Shown here one piece after another: positions 11,620 to 25,625 of a DNA stretch of 64,000 bases. The notes below the pieces were generated by a model, which was given only the letters and a program-made list of their open reading frames with translations, was not told the origin of the DNA and made no database searches. The position numbers and the translations under genes were made by a program. The DNA lies in NCBI GenBank assembly GCA_951406725.2, contig OX597815.1:133114001-133178000 (forward strand), given 5' to 3'. Within the stretch, counting starts at the first letter, position 1. Each line of letters begins with the position of its first letter. The stretch is from Octopus vulgaris. Taxonomy: Eukaryota.

Positions 11620-14565
11620 ATTCTCGTTTAAACTCGGTTGTATAAATATTCGCGGCCTGGGGTCGTATTGGAAGCAAGGCTACCTCCTTAACGACCTTAG
11701 GTCGCATCGTTTGGATGTAGTGGTAATTACCGAATCAAGACTGAGTGGGCTGCAGGCCTTTATGCCTCTTCTAAACGGCTACGAGAAATACGTTTCTCCC
11801 TGTCGACCTGGAGGGGAGGAGGAGTGGCAGTGCTGGTCAGGAAAAACCTGGATTTAGAGATTAGAACTGTCTTTATAGATCCGGAAGGCAGGTTGGTCGT
11901 TTTGGATGTGACGCACAGCAGTGGTAAAGTGTTCAGGCTGGTCGCTGTCTATGCTCCCTGCAAAGGAAAAGCCGGGCAGAAAGAGTATTTCAAAAGCCTA
12001 GAGAATTTTCTTGGCACGTCGAACACGTGACTTCAACATAATTTGCGATGCACGCGTAGATTATGTTGGCTCGAGAAAGAATAGGAGGGGATTACCTCAC
12101 CTCAACGATATGCTAAGTCGTTTCGAATTGGCAGATAGATTCAGACTGGACCATCCAGACACTCCAGCGTGGACCTGGGCAAGAAACGACGGGTCGTCCA
12201 GATCTTATATCGATAGAATCATAACTAGAAGGAAAGATAAGAAAATACTTAGCTGTCCACAACACCATATCGTCAGCTACAGCGATCACAAATTAGTGAC
12301 CTGTACGCTCGACATAGATAGCATGTGTAGACGAGGTACCGGTTACTGGAAGCTAAACAAGTCACTATTGGACTGTGAAGCCTACAGGAATCAGATTAAA
12401 CGATTAGTAATGAGGGCGTTAACCGGATCCATTATCAACAACAAATGGTGGTACGCCCTGAAAAGAGCCATCAAATTTGAGTTAATTAGGTTTAGCAAAA
12501 AACTAGCTAGTGCTAGAAACAAAGTAGAAAAGGAACTAGTTAAGGCAATAGAGGAGGCAATGAGGTCAGGCAGTGCATCGAAAGTGTTAGCGGCGAGGTT
12601 AGCACTCGACCAACATCTCAAAGCTAAACATGAAGGGTGCATTGTCAGGGCTAAGATCCGTGCAATGAGACAGGAAGGGATCAACGCAGCCGGATGGGCC
12701 CGGGTGGTAGAGGGCCAGCGTGGCAACAACTCAACCATTCGATCCTTGACGGGCCCAAATGGTCGATTAGTAAACGAACCCGAGGAGATGTGAAAGGTGT
12801 TTCATGATCATTTCGCCCAGCTATTCGGGAGGAGCGGCGAGCTGGAGCGCGGGGAGAAGCTCGCAGACTTCCTAGCCGGTTCGCCGCGTCTATCGGGGCC
12901 GGACGCGGAATCTTGTGAGGCGCCGATCACAGCCAAAGAAGTCGAGGATATGTTGGCAGACTGCAGCGGGGACAAATCGCCGGGACTCGATGGTCTGCCT
13001 TACGAACTCTATAGTAGCATGCCAGACTTGTTTGGGCACCTACTTGCATGCGTGTACACCAACTGGCAGCAGAACGGGAGAATTCCTAGGTCAGTGAGCC
13101 GAGGGGTGGTAGCGCTGTTAAGAAAGGACCCAAACAAGGGGAATTTAATTGTTAATTTCCGGCCTATCACTCTGCTTAACGCAGAGTTGAAGATCTTGGC
13201 CAAGGTCTTAGCAAAAAGGTTGGCGCGGGTCGTGGGTGAACTTGTTGGCGAGGTGCAAACTTGCGCCATCCCTGGAAGGACCATCCACGACAATCTCCAC
13301 TTTCTACGCTATGCCTTAGAAAGGGTAAATAGGATTCCTGGCAAGGGTGGGGCTATGGTCCACTTGGACAAATCGAAAGCGTTTGATAGGGTGGACCATC
13401 AGTATCTGGCGGCGGTCCTCGCGGCGGCTGGCTTCGGCCCGACCTTCCGCGGATGGATCATCGCTTTATACATCTACATAGAATCGGTAGTTCGAGTAAA
13501 TGGTTTCTTTTCGGAGCCGTTCAGGCTCTCCTAACTCAGACATGGTCTGAGCGGAAGCTGTCCTTGAAAGGGAGAGCGGAGGTTGCAGAAGTGTTTATCG
13601 CCTCTGTAATCACTACCGCCTAACCGTAGTGCCTTGCCCCGATTCGTGGCTGAACAAACTGGAACGCATGCTCTTTCGCTTTTTGTGGAGGGGCAGCAGA
13701 CCTCTTGTAAGGCACTCTATTTGCTGCCAAAAGCCGCTGAAGAGTGGGTTAGGGATGCCGTGGCTAAAAATGCGCAGACATGCGCTCAGGCTTAAGCACC
13801 TCTGGATTTACCTGGACGGTGAGCAGGTGTGGTCTCCGCTTGTCAAGCTGTTATTTCCACAGTTCACATCGTTTAACGAACTGAACCCATGGATCAAGTG
13901 TAGACCGAGGTTGGGCATGTGGCATGCAGAGTGCTATCAGGCACTCGTGCTTCTCTCCCAGTCGGGCAACGCCGGTGGCGGGGCTACTACCTCGTTCTTC
14001 TATAGAGGGTTAGTTGAGTTTAAGTGTGATGACGTCCTAGGAGACACTCTGGGCTTCGACGAAAATCAACTGGCCAGCCTGTTCCAAAGAACATTCGGTC
14101 CGGGGCCTATTGATAATTACCAAAAGTCCCTGGCCTGGCAATGTTACAGAGGAGCTTTACCGGTTCGAGATAAGCTCTTTAGACATGGGTGTGCACCTTC
14201 GCCGGTCTGTGCAATGCCCGAAGGTGACTGAACTCTGGGCTTATGTCGAACACCTGCTGTCGCATTCGAGAAGAGTACAACTGTCGAGCGAATCTGTAAT
14301 GAAGATAGTTCCGCCGACCTTCCTGAATAGGGAGGAGCGAGCCTGTTTTCTTTCGGTAGTTGCTATGGCCAAAGAAGTAGTGTGGAAGACGAGAGTAAAA
14401 GGAATTGCAACAGGCATGTTTATCTCCAGTCTCGAGCTAATCGACTTTTTCGTTTTCCACATGAAACGGAAAATAAGGCTGGAGAAGAAATGCCTGTCGC
14501 AAAGTGTGTTTCGTAAAAGATGGAAGTCTATAGCAAGTATGTTGCGAGTGAAAGAACCTGTTTAA
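11620..14565 (+). pseudogene. LINE ORF2 (APE endonuclease + reverse transcriptase), several frameshifts, a stop and an internal deletion
   Basis: INIRGL, DFN, SRSYIDRI, YSDHKLV, WKLN, KSPGLDGL, NFRPITLLN, LDKSKAFDRVDH; sequence jumps near 13535 from mid-RT to WSERKLSLKGR, so the QG and YADD motifs are absent. Confidence 0.88.
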
Positions 14566-14781
14566 TCGAGAATGTAGAAAAGGAGAAATCAAAGTCTTCA
14601 GTGTGAGTATGCGATTTGTGGGGTCAACTACGTCCTCCGCTTCATTTTTTGTTAATCACTCATTCTCATTTAATTGTATATATTTTAATTGTTTGTTTAT
14701 TCATATGTTTCGTCTCATTCGATACCCTGACCCCAACGTTTGTTTTGTCCCCTCTTTTTCTCAACCTTATGGTGAATAAAG

Positions 14782-14786
<5 letters not shown>

Positions 14787-14822
<36 letters not shown>

Positions 14823-14856
14823 CTCACTCTCTCTCTCACTCTCTCTCTATCTCTCT
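14787..14856. repeat. (CT)n microsatellite, 3' flank of the LINE
   Basis: Direct inspection. Confidence 0.9.
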
Positions 14857-15011
14857 GAATTTGTCTCAAACTTTGTTATATAATTATATTTGTATGTGTG
14901 TATCATAAACGCACGCGCACATTCACACAGACACGCGTGCATTCGGACACACGCGCGCATGCACCCACATGTATGTATGTATGTATGTATGTATGTATGT
15001 ATGTATGTATG

Positions 15012-15058
<47 letters not shown>

Positions 15059-15146
15059 TGTTGACATTTATAGAAAAACAAAAGACGAAGACAGGTGTAT
15101 GAACAAGGAAGTGTATTAGTTTGACGCTGGCGAAAAATGAAAAGAG

Positions 15147-15184
15147 CCTTTTACGTTTCGAGCCTACGCTCTTCAACAGTAAGG
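15147..15184 (-). ncRNA. Minimal hammerhead motif, CUGUUGA variant
   Basis: cctta CTGTTGA a GAGC gtag GCTC GAAA CG TA aaagg; short host element between (TA)n tracts. Confidence 0.45.
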
Positions 15185-15226
15185 AATAAGAGAAAATAAA
15201 CTGAAGGAGAATGAAAAAACTCGTAG

Positions 15227-15304
<78 letters not shown>

Positions 15305-15635
15305 AGGATGACCTGTAAGTGAACTCCCTTTTATATGTATGTAATATCATTTTTCTGAAACTTCAATTTTTTAAAAATGCTAGACCACTGGTGTTAAATT
15401 GATATTAATCAAATTAATATTCAATTCTTCACCCTTATTATTTTAAATTTATATATATATATATATATATATATACATACAGACAGACAAAAGGTGAGAG
15501 CTGCATGTGTTCAGTAATGAAAACTTAGTATTGCTCAAATAAAATTGAATTAAACTACGTCCACAGCGTCAAGAGAAATCCAAGGCCAGCAGATGTGGAG
15601 GTCGTAATGTAGATAAACACAATGGGGCTTGAAAT

Positions 15636-15636
<1 letters not shown>

Positions 15637-15721
<85 letters not shown>

Positions 15722-15730
15722 TGATAGATA
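15637..15730. repeat. (GATA)n microsatellite
   Basis: Direct inspection. Confidence 0.95.
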
Positions 15731-17462
15731 TACAAACAAACAGATACAGATCTATATCTACGTGTCTTCAGAAATATACACATATTGCATATAAATTCAG
15801 AGAAACACATTTACACAGAGTATTCAAAAATACCGAAAACTAAGTGAATACAGCTGTTTCAGGAAGCTCAGATTTACTAAATAATAGTAATGTTTATAAT
15901 CTGCATATGGGATGTAGAAAAGTCTCGGGTATGTAAGCAGTAAAGAGTTACGCAGAGATGTTATCCTAATTCCGGCTCCCACACCCTCCCGATTGATATG
16001 TACACTAATTACATATATAAGGAACTTAGTGGAAATACGCTCATAGGAATGCTTTTAAGGATATCAGCGACCTCCACTGTAAGCTGATTGCAGGCCTCGG
16101 ATTACTGGATCGAACAAAATCACATACTCCTAACCACCATTAATACTACCCCATCTTTAATAAATCTTCGATTAAAATCCCGAAACTCTACAACACCAAA
16201 CTTGGGATCTATAATTGCCACTTCAATAGGCGTATATTAAGCCGCCTTACTGTGGACCTTACGAACGCTCCACCTGGATCTCACCCTAATCCGCCAAATG
16301 CTAATACTGTGAACTTTCGGAACTCTCCGCAAGTCAATAATAGCAATCCTGGTACCACCATCCCTTGTACTAGTAGCAACCACATATGACAGTGGTAACG
16401 TCCTCTTCCGGCCCCTTACCAGTAATAACAACACTTCAGATTCTAATTGGGGGATAACGGATCATATGAATCAGATCAGATTAGGGATTAATCCTAAACT
16501 CACCACTAGTGGGAAAATCTACTGCATGGGTTTTCTTTCGTATATAAATGCTAGGTAATAACCCCATATTCCCACCAGGCTAGAGTTAACATTGGCGGCA
16601 CGGCTGATTTCAAACGCTGCTACCGAGATCATATGAATTCGTTCTCAAATAGAGCCTATTAAGCTTTCTTCCTCCCTAGTACATATGCCACTCCAGCTCC
16701 TAGAATATTTCCTATACCTTATCCCGGTTCATAGTTTGTACGGCTTCTCTGTCCAGTAATAACCACTGTGTTTGAAATTTGTGTTGCAGGAAAATGTTCG
16801 CCATCCTTCACTACCTTAATACTTTGATACTCAATTGGTTCTCTGGCGTAATCTTCTCGCGTAGACACAATTTTAATTCCACCTTTCCCTTTATGTAAAA
16901 TATTTATTATTTATCCTAATTGCGGATAGGTCCTTATTACTTAGCTCATTACTTATTATTTATTACTATGCTAGCAACATTTTCATTCTCTATTTTCCTT
17001 GTATCTCATCATACCTTCCACCTCTGCTACCTCTACCCCTATTCATTTCGTTAATTACTTACCTCTACCAGTCTCTTCGTATAACCAGTTACCGTCCCCA
17101 CATGACTTAAAATCTGCTTAATGAAACTTCCAACTAGCAGTGAGGTTCCCTTTCATCACACTGATCTTAACTTTACCTTCTCTCCTCTCTGTTTCATCTG
17201 TTCTATCTCTTTTCATTCCTCGAGTCATAGAAACCTTCCTCCCTCTCGCTGCCTTTCATGCCTTCCTCTCTACCCCTGTTCTCTCTTCCTACGCTACTTA
17301 TATCCTTCCTCTCCCAGCCTTTTGCTCTCGTTCTTCTTCCTCTCTCTTTTCAACCGTTGAATCTCAAACGCTACTATATGAACTGCTTTTGCCAATTTTC
17401 TCTGCATGAAGGGAATCAGATTTCCGGTAATATCTCTGTGTGACCGCTTACTGGAAGCATTC

Positions 17463-17690
17463 TTTTATTCTTTTATTCTTTTATTTGTTTTAGTCATATG
17501 ACTGTGGCCATGCTGGACCACTGCTTTAGTCGAACAAATCGACCCCAGCAAGTATTCTTTGTAAGCCTATCGGTTCTTTTGCCGAACCGCTAAGTTACGA
17601 GCACGTAAACACACCAACTTCGGTTGTCAAACGATGATAGGGGGGGGGACAAACACAAACACAAATATATATATATACACACACATATAT
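17463..17690 (-). mobile_element. SINE family 2, 3' portion
   Basis: Reverse complement of gtaacttagcggttcggcaaaagaaccgatagg...ccagcatggccacagtc...taaaagaataaaag. Confidence 0.8.
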
Positions 17691-18091
17691 TCTTAGTTTA
17701 TTTATGTGTATGCAAATATAGTATTGGTATATCCCATTTATGTTCATTAGAAATTAAATAACGAATTTTGACATGTACGAATATTTATTTTCCCACCCCA
17801 CAGTATATATATAAATATATATCTATACACGCACACACATACATACGTAATACATACACGCTTTTATATACGCATTTATACCGGATGAGATCCTCCTGCA
17901 CCGTGGAAAGAACCGAAATTAACTGTATAGTTTCCTATCCGCGAGTGAGTGATGCAGAATGTATCGAAACGACCGTTGTGATCAATATATAAATTTCTTA
18001 TAAATATATATTTATATATATGCGCGTGTGTGTGTGTGTGTGTGTGTACCCACTACACACATTTTTTCTCTCCTTGTTTTTTTCTTTGGCC

Positions 18092-18127
18092 CTTTCTGTA
18101 GAAGAGCGCAGGCTCGAAACGTAAAAG
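18092..18127 (+). ncRNA. Minimal hammerhead motif, CUGUAGA variant
   Basis: cttt CTGTAGA a GAGC gcag GCTC GAAA CG TA aaag. Confidence 0.5.
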
Positions 18128-18217
18128 ACTTTTTCAATTCCGGAACGTTATACTAATACATCGGTTTGTTTTGTACACTACCTGTCTTCGTCTTTTGTTT
18201 TTTTCATGAACTCTCCC

Positions 18218-18293
<76 letters not shown>

Positions 18294-19464
18294 TAGTCTC
18301 AGTTTAATTTAGTATCATTGAATTAAAACAAATTAAAATAACCAATCAAAATTTTTAAATTGCTTAATTATTGATTTTAGAAATTGATTTCATTTTCGTT
18401 GCATTTTTCTTGTATAGAATTTAATTATACCAATATCCTCTAACATCTTGGTTCATTTACCAAAAATAAAAAGAAAATTACCTTGTAACACTTTCGGTGT
18501 ACACGTGATAGTGTTATGGAAAGTGATGTCAGTGCACATTCTAATTCATAGATTTTAGATGCATAACTTATATATATTTTGTTGATAATAGTTATAACTG
18601 CAAAAACAAAACGATTCGTGGTAAAGTTTGTTATAAAATAGAATAGTCATCCTTGTATTAACTTAATTCGATATTGCCTTAGAATGATTCAATTAGTTTA
18701 AATCGTATCTCAGTTAAGTCAGCCTACTTCTAAAGAAATACTAATCCATGAACTTTGATTTTATTTTGCAATAAATCTTTTCTTCTCCCTTTCAAATTTG
18801 TTTGCAAATATCTATATGAACAACTTTTCTAACAACTTTTGTACTACTATATAACAATTTTTACCATTTACGGATTCTAATTTGAACTGTAAAAATCGAT
18901 TAAAACAAAAATTTAGTTGGCTCATAAGAGAACAGACTCAAAATGAGTTAACTTTCCATGGATTTCATCTAGAGGGAAGTGCTTTGATCAATAACATAAT
19001 TTCTACTCAGAGGCATTTTATTAGAAATCAACGTGAAGAGTGCTTTATTGCCGAAATATACGTAAAATCAAAGGATTTCTATAAATCGTAATTATTCTCA
19101 CAGCTTGATATCCAATTTCTAAATAGTTTAAATTGAATTCTCCAGACATTATCTACTTTGATTGCTCTCTATGCTTCTTAATTTACATTTTGCTGATAAC
19201 ATTACAGGGTGGTGTAAACTTGTTTCATAGGCTTGTGGATCTAAGTAACATAGAAACACTCCTGGTTTGCCCTAGTACGGAATGTGTTATTTGAGATGCT
19301 AGGTCCACAGGTGCTGAGTCTGTAAACCAGGAAAGCGTACAGGCACACACATGCGCACACATCATATGGCACGTATCTACTTATTTGTTCGTGTGTTTTC
19401 TGTGCATGATCTCTGTGAGATATCCACAAAAACAAATATGAATAAAATATACGAAACATGTTCG

Positions 19465-19645
19465 GAGGAGAGGTAAGTCGATTACATCGACCCCAGTGAT
19501 CAACTGATACCTATTTTATCGATCCCGAAAGTATAAAAGGCAGAGTCGACCCCGGCGGAATTTGAACTCAGAACATAAAGATGGATAAAATGTTTCCAGG
19601 CATTTTTCCCCAACGTGTTAGCGACTCAGCCAGTTTGCAGTCTTA
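19465..19645 (-). mobile_element. SINE family 1 copy
   Basis: aagtcgattacatcgaccccagtg...cggcggaatttgaactcagaac. Confidence 0.8.
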
Positions 19646-19959
19646 AACCTTAAGATATTAAAATGGCCTTCCAATAGTCTTTATACTTCTTTGATGCTAC
19701 ATTCTCAAGCAACAGCTTCTAGGAGATTTTTCTAACTTCTCCCAAGTAGATACCAAATTGTCAAGTTTGTTATTACATCTCAACAATCAAACTCAGTCAT
19801 CGTCCACGCAATATCATTCTTTTCAGATATCAGGGTTGTTGTTTATTTGTTTGTTTGTTTTTGTTTTGTTTTTTCACTATTATTTGATAATATAACCATC
19901 AGTTGAATACTGCTACCGTTGTGTCAAATATCTGATAACAATAACATTACTGTTGTGGT

Positions 19960-20180
19960 TAAGACGGCAAGCTGGCAGAATCGTTAGCACGCCAGGCGAA
20001 ATTCTCAGCGGTATTTCGTCTGCCGCTACGTTCTGAGTTCAAATTCCGCTGAGGTCGACTTTGCCTTTCATCCCTTTCAGGGTCTATAAATTAGGTACCA
20101 ATCAAGTAGTGAGGGTTGATATAATCGACTATCCCCCTCTCCACTATTTCAGGCCTTGTCCATATGGTAGAAAGGATAAT
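19960..20180 (+). mobile_element. SINE family 1 copy
   Basis: ggcaagctggcagaatcgttagcacgccaggcg...gtcgactttgcctttcatccc. Confidence 0.85.
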
Positions 20181-21201
20181 TACTGTTGTGGTTGCTTTTA
20201 TTTACCTCCATGTCAATCCCGTGTCTGTGGATCTATGATGAAAGGGTTTCTAACCATTCCATCGGATATATATCAGCAACGAGACTGTTCAATGTATTGT
20301 TCTAAATATGTGACTTCAGGGATATTTAATTGGTATTTAAATGAGATCAAGCGAGCAAATATAGTCTAGCTCGTTCGCTTGTAAAAGAACAAGAGACCTT
20401 CTGACTGGATGTGAGCCGCGTACCTATTGTATTCTGAGTGACTCTACTACTGTCGTCAATGAAGTTGTTTGTAGAGATGGAAACAGGATTTCTCATTAAG
20501 GTAAAGAAGAATGGTTATCAACATCTTCAAATATTTAAATCTGTATAACGTGTAAGAAAAAGTAATATCAAATGTGTACATTTTGCACGCCTTCAAAACC
20601 CATCTCATTTTCACTTAATCTAGAAAGGATTGTCTCCCTTATCATTGCTGACCACGTAGAGAAGAATTAACATTTTGTTATCAGAACAATTAAGGCATTT
20701 AAGAATGATACTGGTAATTAATATATCGCACATTTTTCTTCTAATATAACTCCAACATACGTAGAGTATTTATCGCTTTCCCATAATATACAGCCCAGTC
20801 TCTTTCATTTCCTTTTCCTGCGCAGTGATATGTGTATCATGCATTTGCAATCCTGCTCATTCCACACTATTATTCTTAGGAACAGTAACTGGCAATTGGT
20901 ACTGAAAAACATGCAGTGGAAATATTCTCAGAATTGATGCAAAATGTATCTTCATCTACTTTACAAGCAATTCTAACATTCCTTAGTATCTGCAGCATAC
21001 CTCTGTCACTGCCTCAATTCTAGTTTTATATTTTTTCTTTATAAATAATCTTCAATTCCAACCTCTTATTCTTCCAATACACTCATTTCTGCTGTTGTCA
21101 GTCATTTAAATCATCTAATCTTACCAGTTGTTAAGTCAAGTAAAACCTGAATAACGCATTGAATATAAAAGAATTAAGAAACGTGATAATTTTTTATATA
21201 A

Positions 21202-21207
21202 TTTATT
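21202..21207 (-). terminator. Polyadenylation signal AATAAA of protease gene B
   Basis: 60 nt downstream of the TAG; U-rich sequence follows. Confidence 0.6.
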
Positions 21208-21266
21208 TTGTCTTCACTAGTTTCCAACACCAACTCATATAATCATCGATATATTCTCAAAAATAT

Positions 21267-21425
21267 CTACAAGCCCATGTATCCCTTGATATAGTCAAGG
21301 AAATTGGCCACATTGGCATAGACTCCAAATCCTTTGTCGCAGTCGAAAACATAGGAAGCAATACCAGCAACGACGTAGGCATTATCGGATTTCCTTTTGC
21401 AGACGAGACCACCACCGGAATCTCC
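21267..21425 (-). CDS. Protease B exon 6 (catalytic Ser, GDSGGGLVC...YMGL stop)
   Basis: CAG acceptor at 21426-21428; 159 nt; TAG at 21267. Confidence 0.95.
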   Translation of the reverse strand, partial: GDSGGGLVCKRKSDNAYVVAGIASYVFDCDKGFGVYANVANFLDYIKGYMGL

Positions 21426-23553
21426 CTGAAACCAGAAAATACGCATTTCAAAAATGTCCACTGCTTTAAAGGAAATTATTTTATCTTAGAACTATAAAAA
21501 GATTTACTTACACCACAGACGTTTTTACCCTTGAATTTGTTATCTCCAACGCAGATATGCTGTTCGGCAGTAATACCAGATGCTTGTTGTTGACATTTAT
21601 TTGTGGGAATTACATTAATTCTAGCTTTCTGAAGCTTGTCTGGGAAGATTCCTTTAGCTAAAAGAGAGTTTTGGACAATTAAATATATACTAATCCAGAA
21701 TGAATTATAAGAGAAACAAAGTCAGTCATGCATCAATTAGTTAGACATATGCACCAGAGAAAAACGAGTTTTTTCTACTGGCAGAAGACTACTACATTGT
21801 AACAAAATTATCATCATCATTATCGGGGCCTGGATAATATTGTATCGAGTATTGTGACTAATACGCCCAGTTACCTCGTTTCCGTAGTGTATAAGTGACC
21901 GAGATCGCAACGAGATCCCGAGATCCCCTTGAACTGGACGTCAGTCTATCGCAGGACCCCTCATTTACTGATGAGCAGACAAGAGCAATGTGTAATGAAG
22001 TATTCTGCTCCAGAACACAACGATCTTGAAATTGTAAGTGCAACACTTGACTACTAGACCAAGTGCCTTCACTCTAACAAAGATACCAAACAGTAAATAG
22101 CAACAGTTTGTGCATAGTCAACACGAAAACTATAGTTCAGTATTGTAAAACAAAATAGTAATATACAATTAACTTATTACAGTCTACATTGCTACACTTA
22201 CAACCTCTACTGAACTGCAGAAAGTTATGGTAGATATATTGTACCATAATCGTGGTACTCCGTCAGTTATGACGACGAGGGTTCCAGTTGATCCGATCAA
22301 CGGAACAGCCTGCTCGTGAAATTAATGTGCAACTGGCTGAGCACTCCACAGACACGCGTACCCTTAACGTAGTTCTCAAGGAGATTCAGCGTGACAGAGA
22401 GTGTGACAAAGCTGGCCCTTTCAAATACAGATACAACAGAAACAGGAAGAAAGAGTGAGAGGACGTTGTGGTGAAAGAATACCAGAGCCTCGTGGAGCTT
22501 TAGGTGTTTACGCTCAATAAACACTCACAACACCCCGTCTGGAAATCGAAACCGCGATCCTATGATCGCGAGTTCGCTGCCCTAACCACTGGGCCATTGG
22601 CCTGCACTGTATTATAATACACCGCGGTGCAGCAACTTTCAGATTTTAATTTAATATTAATATTCAACTGGTAGTTACTATTCCACTGCGATAAATTTAG
22701 GTTCACTATTTATATAAAACTGAAAATCATACAGATTACAATTTCTACAAAACATCGGATATCAATACCAATCAAATTACAAATTCTGAAGAATTACATC
22801 TTCAAAAGCAAATCTTCCAACAGAAAGCAAATTTGTAAGAATTTTCAGATAGTACATTTTCTAAAATTATAATAACAAGAATATAAATATTCCAGAGTTG
22901 AAAATAAATACAGATATTAAAAAAAATGCAGTTCAATGCTTACTTCCAGTTTGACCCCATCCAACGGCTGTACAGGGTCCTGAAAAGGTGTCTCCTTTAT
23001 TGGGGAGAGTAATTGTAGAAATACATCTACCGAGCGGTGCAGGACGCGTTAATTCCAGAACTGCAACGTCTTGGACTGAATAAAAAGAAAACTTATTTAA
23101 GTAATAGGTATTTACTTATACATGTAATCGTGTTTCAAATAATAATGCGAATGGATTTTAGAGGTTCACAACAGCTGTTTTTCTTATTGATGAATAGATT
23201 GATAACATAGAGAAATATCCACTTTCGTTTGGTGATTTTAAAGTTGGTAGGAGAAGATACCGAACGACTCGTTTTCTGCATCGACCACACTAATGGATGT
23301 TGTTATACACTGTTATTCACAATGCGCTTCCTGGCATTGTTGTAGCTTTCGAATGACGTCACCTCACAGGTGAGTCCTCCTCGACGGGATGCCAGTACAT
23401 CCTACGCTTACCCATTTACAGCTGAGAGGACTGTTGATGTGGGAGGATCTTGAACACCTACACGTGACTAAGAAGAGGACTAAAGGATTTAAATAAAGAA
23501 ATCTATGAACTGTCAGTGGCAGTTGACAGTGTTAGTCGACTCTATTGGTTATT

Positions 23554-23614
<61 letters not shown>

Positions 23615-23636
23615 GTATATATAAAGAAATATATTC

Positions 23637-23714
<78 letters not shown>

Positions 23715-24930
23715 TGCTATATTTCGGAATGGTCATATTGCCAGTTTAACCAATAAAAACACACGCACTATATATTTGGTGTTATTTAGCTTCAGTGTTA
23801 TTTATTTTTTACATTAATCTTAATCTTATTTCGGCCAGAATTCTTTCGTCACACTCCTGTGACCGCATCAGTGGTCCTTTGTTTTCTTCTTTCTTATTTG
23901 TGTCTCTCCTTACTAACTGTCAGCCATTTTGTATTTCTATTGTGTGTTTTCATTTGCGCATGCTTATATCTCTATGCGCGTCTATGTTTATTTAGTGTGT
24001 GTATGTGGGGAGGATGCCTGTAATATTTGTATCTTCTATTTATATATGTTCATGTAATTTGTATTTTGTTTTTGTTGTTGTTGTTTTTGTTTATTCTTAG
24101 TTTGTTCATGTGTTTACATCCACTTATTATTATCATTACATATGCTTGTATATATAACAACAATACTAGTAATAATAATAATAAATCGAATCGAAAAAAA
24201 ATATATATATATATAGTTATTTATTTCTATTTGTTTATTTATCTGTGTATTTATTATGTTTTCGGGATCCTCTATCGTCATATGTTGTGGTGTGTGCTAG
24301 TGCTCCATTCTAGTTTTCTATTCAGGCTAGGTTTCTTTTCTATTATGTGTGTAGCTTCTGTAATTTGTCTAATTGTTGCATCTGTTCTATGTGTGGACAA
24401 TATTTTAATTTCTATGTTATTGATTGATCCCCCGTGTTCCTGTTCGGCGTGTTGGGACAGAATCGATGAGCTTTTACCTTCCTTGAGTTGATAAAATTTT
24501 TTTCCCGAAAAAAATTTTATCCTATATTAATTATAAATAGATTAGTGTTCCCTTCCGGATTCTATCACTCTGTGAAAGTTTCTAGTTCGAATCACATGTG
24601 TCTCGAGGTGCGCCGAAGATTTTTCTATTTTGGATATATTTGGGGTACTTAAGTCTGCTCAGGACTTAGTGCTTGCTTTTTCCATGGGTTTGAGTAAGTA
24701 TTTCATTTATATCTCGCGTATTTGCCGCTGAAGAGGGGAAAATTTCTCATGAATTAACCCCGAAATTGGACCAATACGGTAATAACGAATTTTTTAGATA
24801 TTTCTATCGGTTTGTTTCGAGACGTATAAATTATAATGGTTATCGACAAAAAAATGTTTTTGTTTCGGCATATTTGGCATTAGAATTTTTCTTCTTCTCC
24901 TTATCTTGTAAAGTATATATATATACATAA

Positions 24931-24962
<32 letters not shown>

Positions 24963-25214
24963 TACGATCGAGAAGGTGAATCACAATGACACTTTTTGTG
25001 GGCACAATTTGTGACAGACCATGCCTTTCTTCTACTGGGCTCAAATCTCATTTGGGAACCCATGGAAAACGAACTACCAGCAACTATTCTGCCTATATGT
25101 CTGTGCACACCTTTGAATGCCATGTATGCCAGCAGGTTTGCAAATCTAACGGAATCATCAAAAGACATTTTAAGATCCACAATGATCAGAACTTATCTGT
25201 AGCACATGGTGCTC

Positions 25215-25268
<54 letters not shown>

Positions 25269-25528
25269 CTATGGTTGCAGAACAAACAATGTCATCCACG
25301 TAACATTTCATATCTCGAACATTTAATCACATAATGCTTTTTCTTTCACATAGAATATACATGTATAAAATCACGGAAAATGAAACACAAATCATCAGTA
25401 CAAGCATATAAGAAAAATACAAGAAAAATGTGTGAATACAGTTCATCGCAGTTAAAAGTTAATGATTAATACTTTAGCGACTAAAAAATATATATTTTTT
25501 TAAAACATTACCACACCTAGAATAATAA

Positions 25529-25625
<97 letters not shown>

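Noticed and set aside
15848-15875. GAAACAGCTGTA half-hammerhead on the minus strand, with a similar half-site at ~23170
   Set aside because: No matching CUGANGA and stem I partner found upstream.
24986-25190. C2H2 zinc-finger host gene exon
   Set aside because: No TGEKP linkers or splice context, antisense within an intron and bounded by microsatellites; better explained as a LINE 3' fragment.
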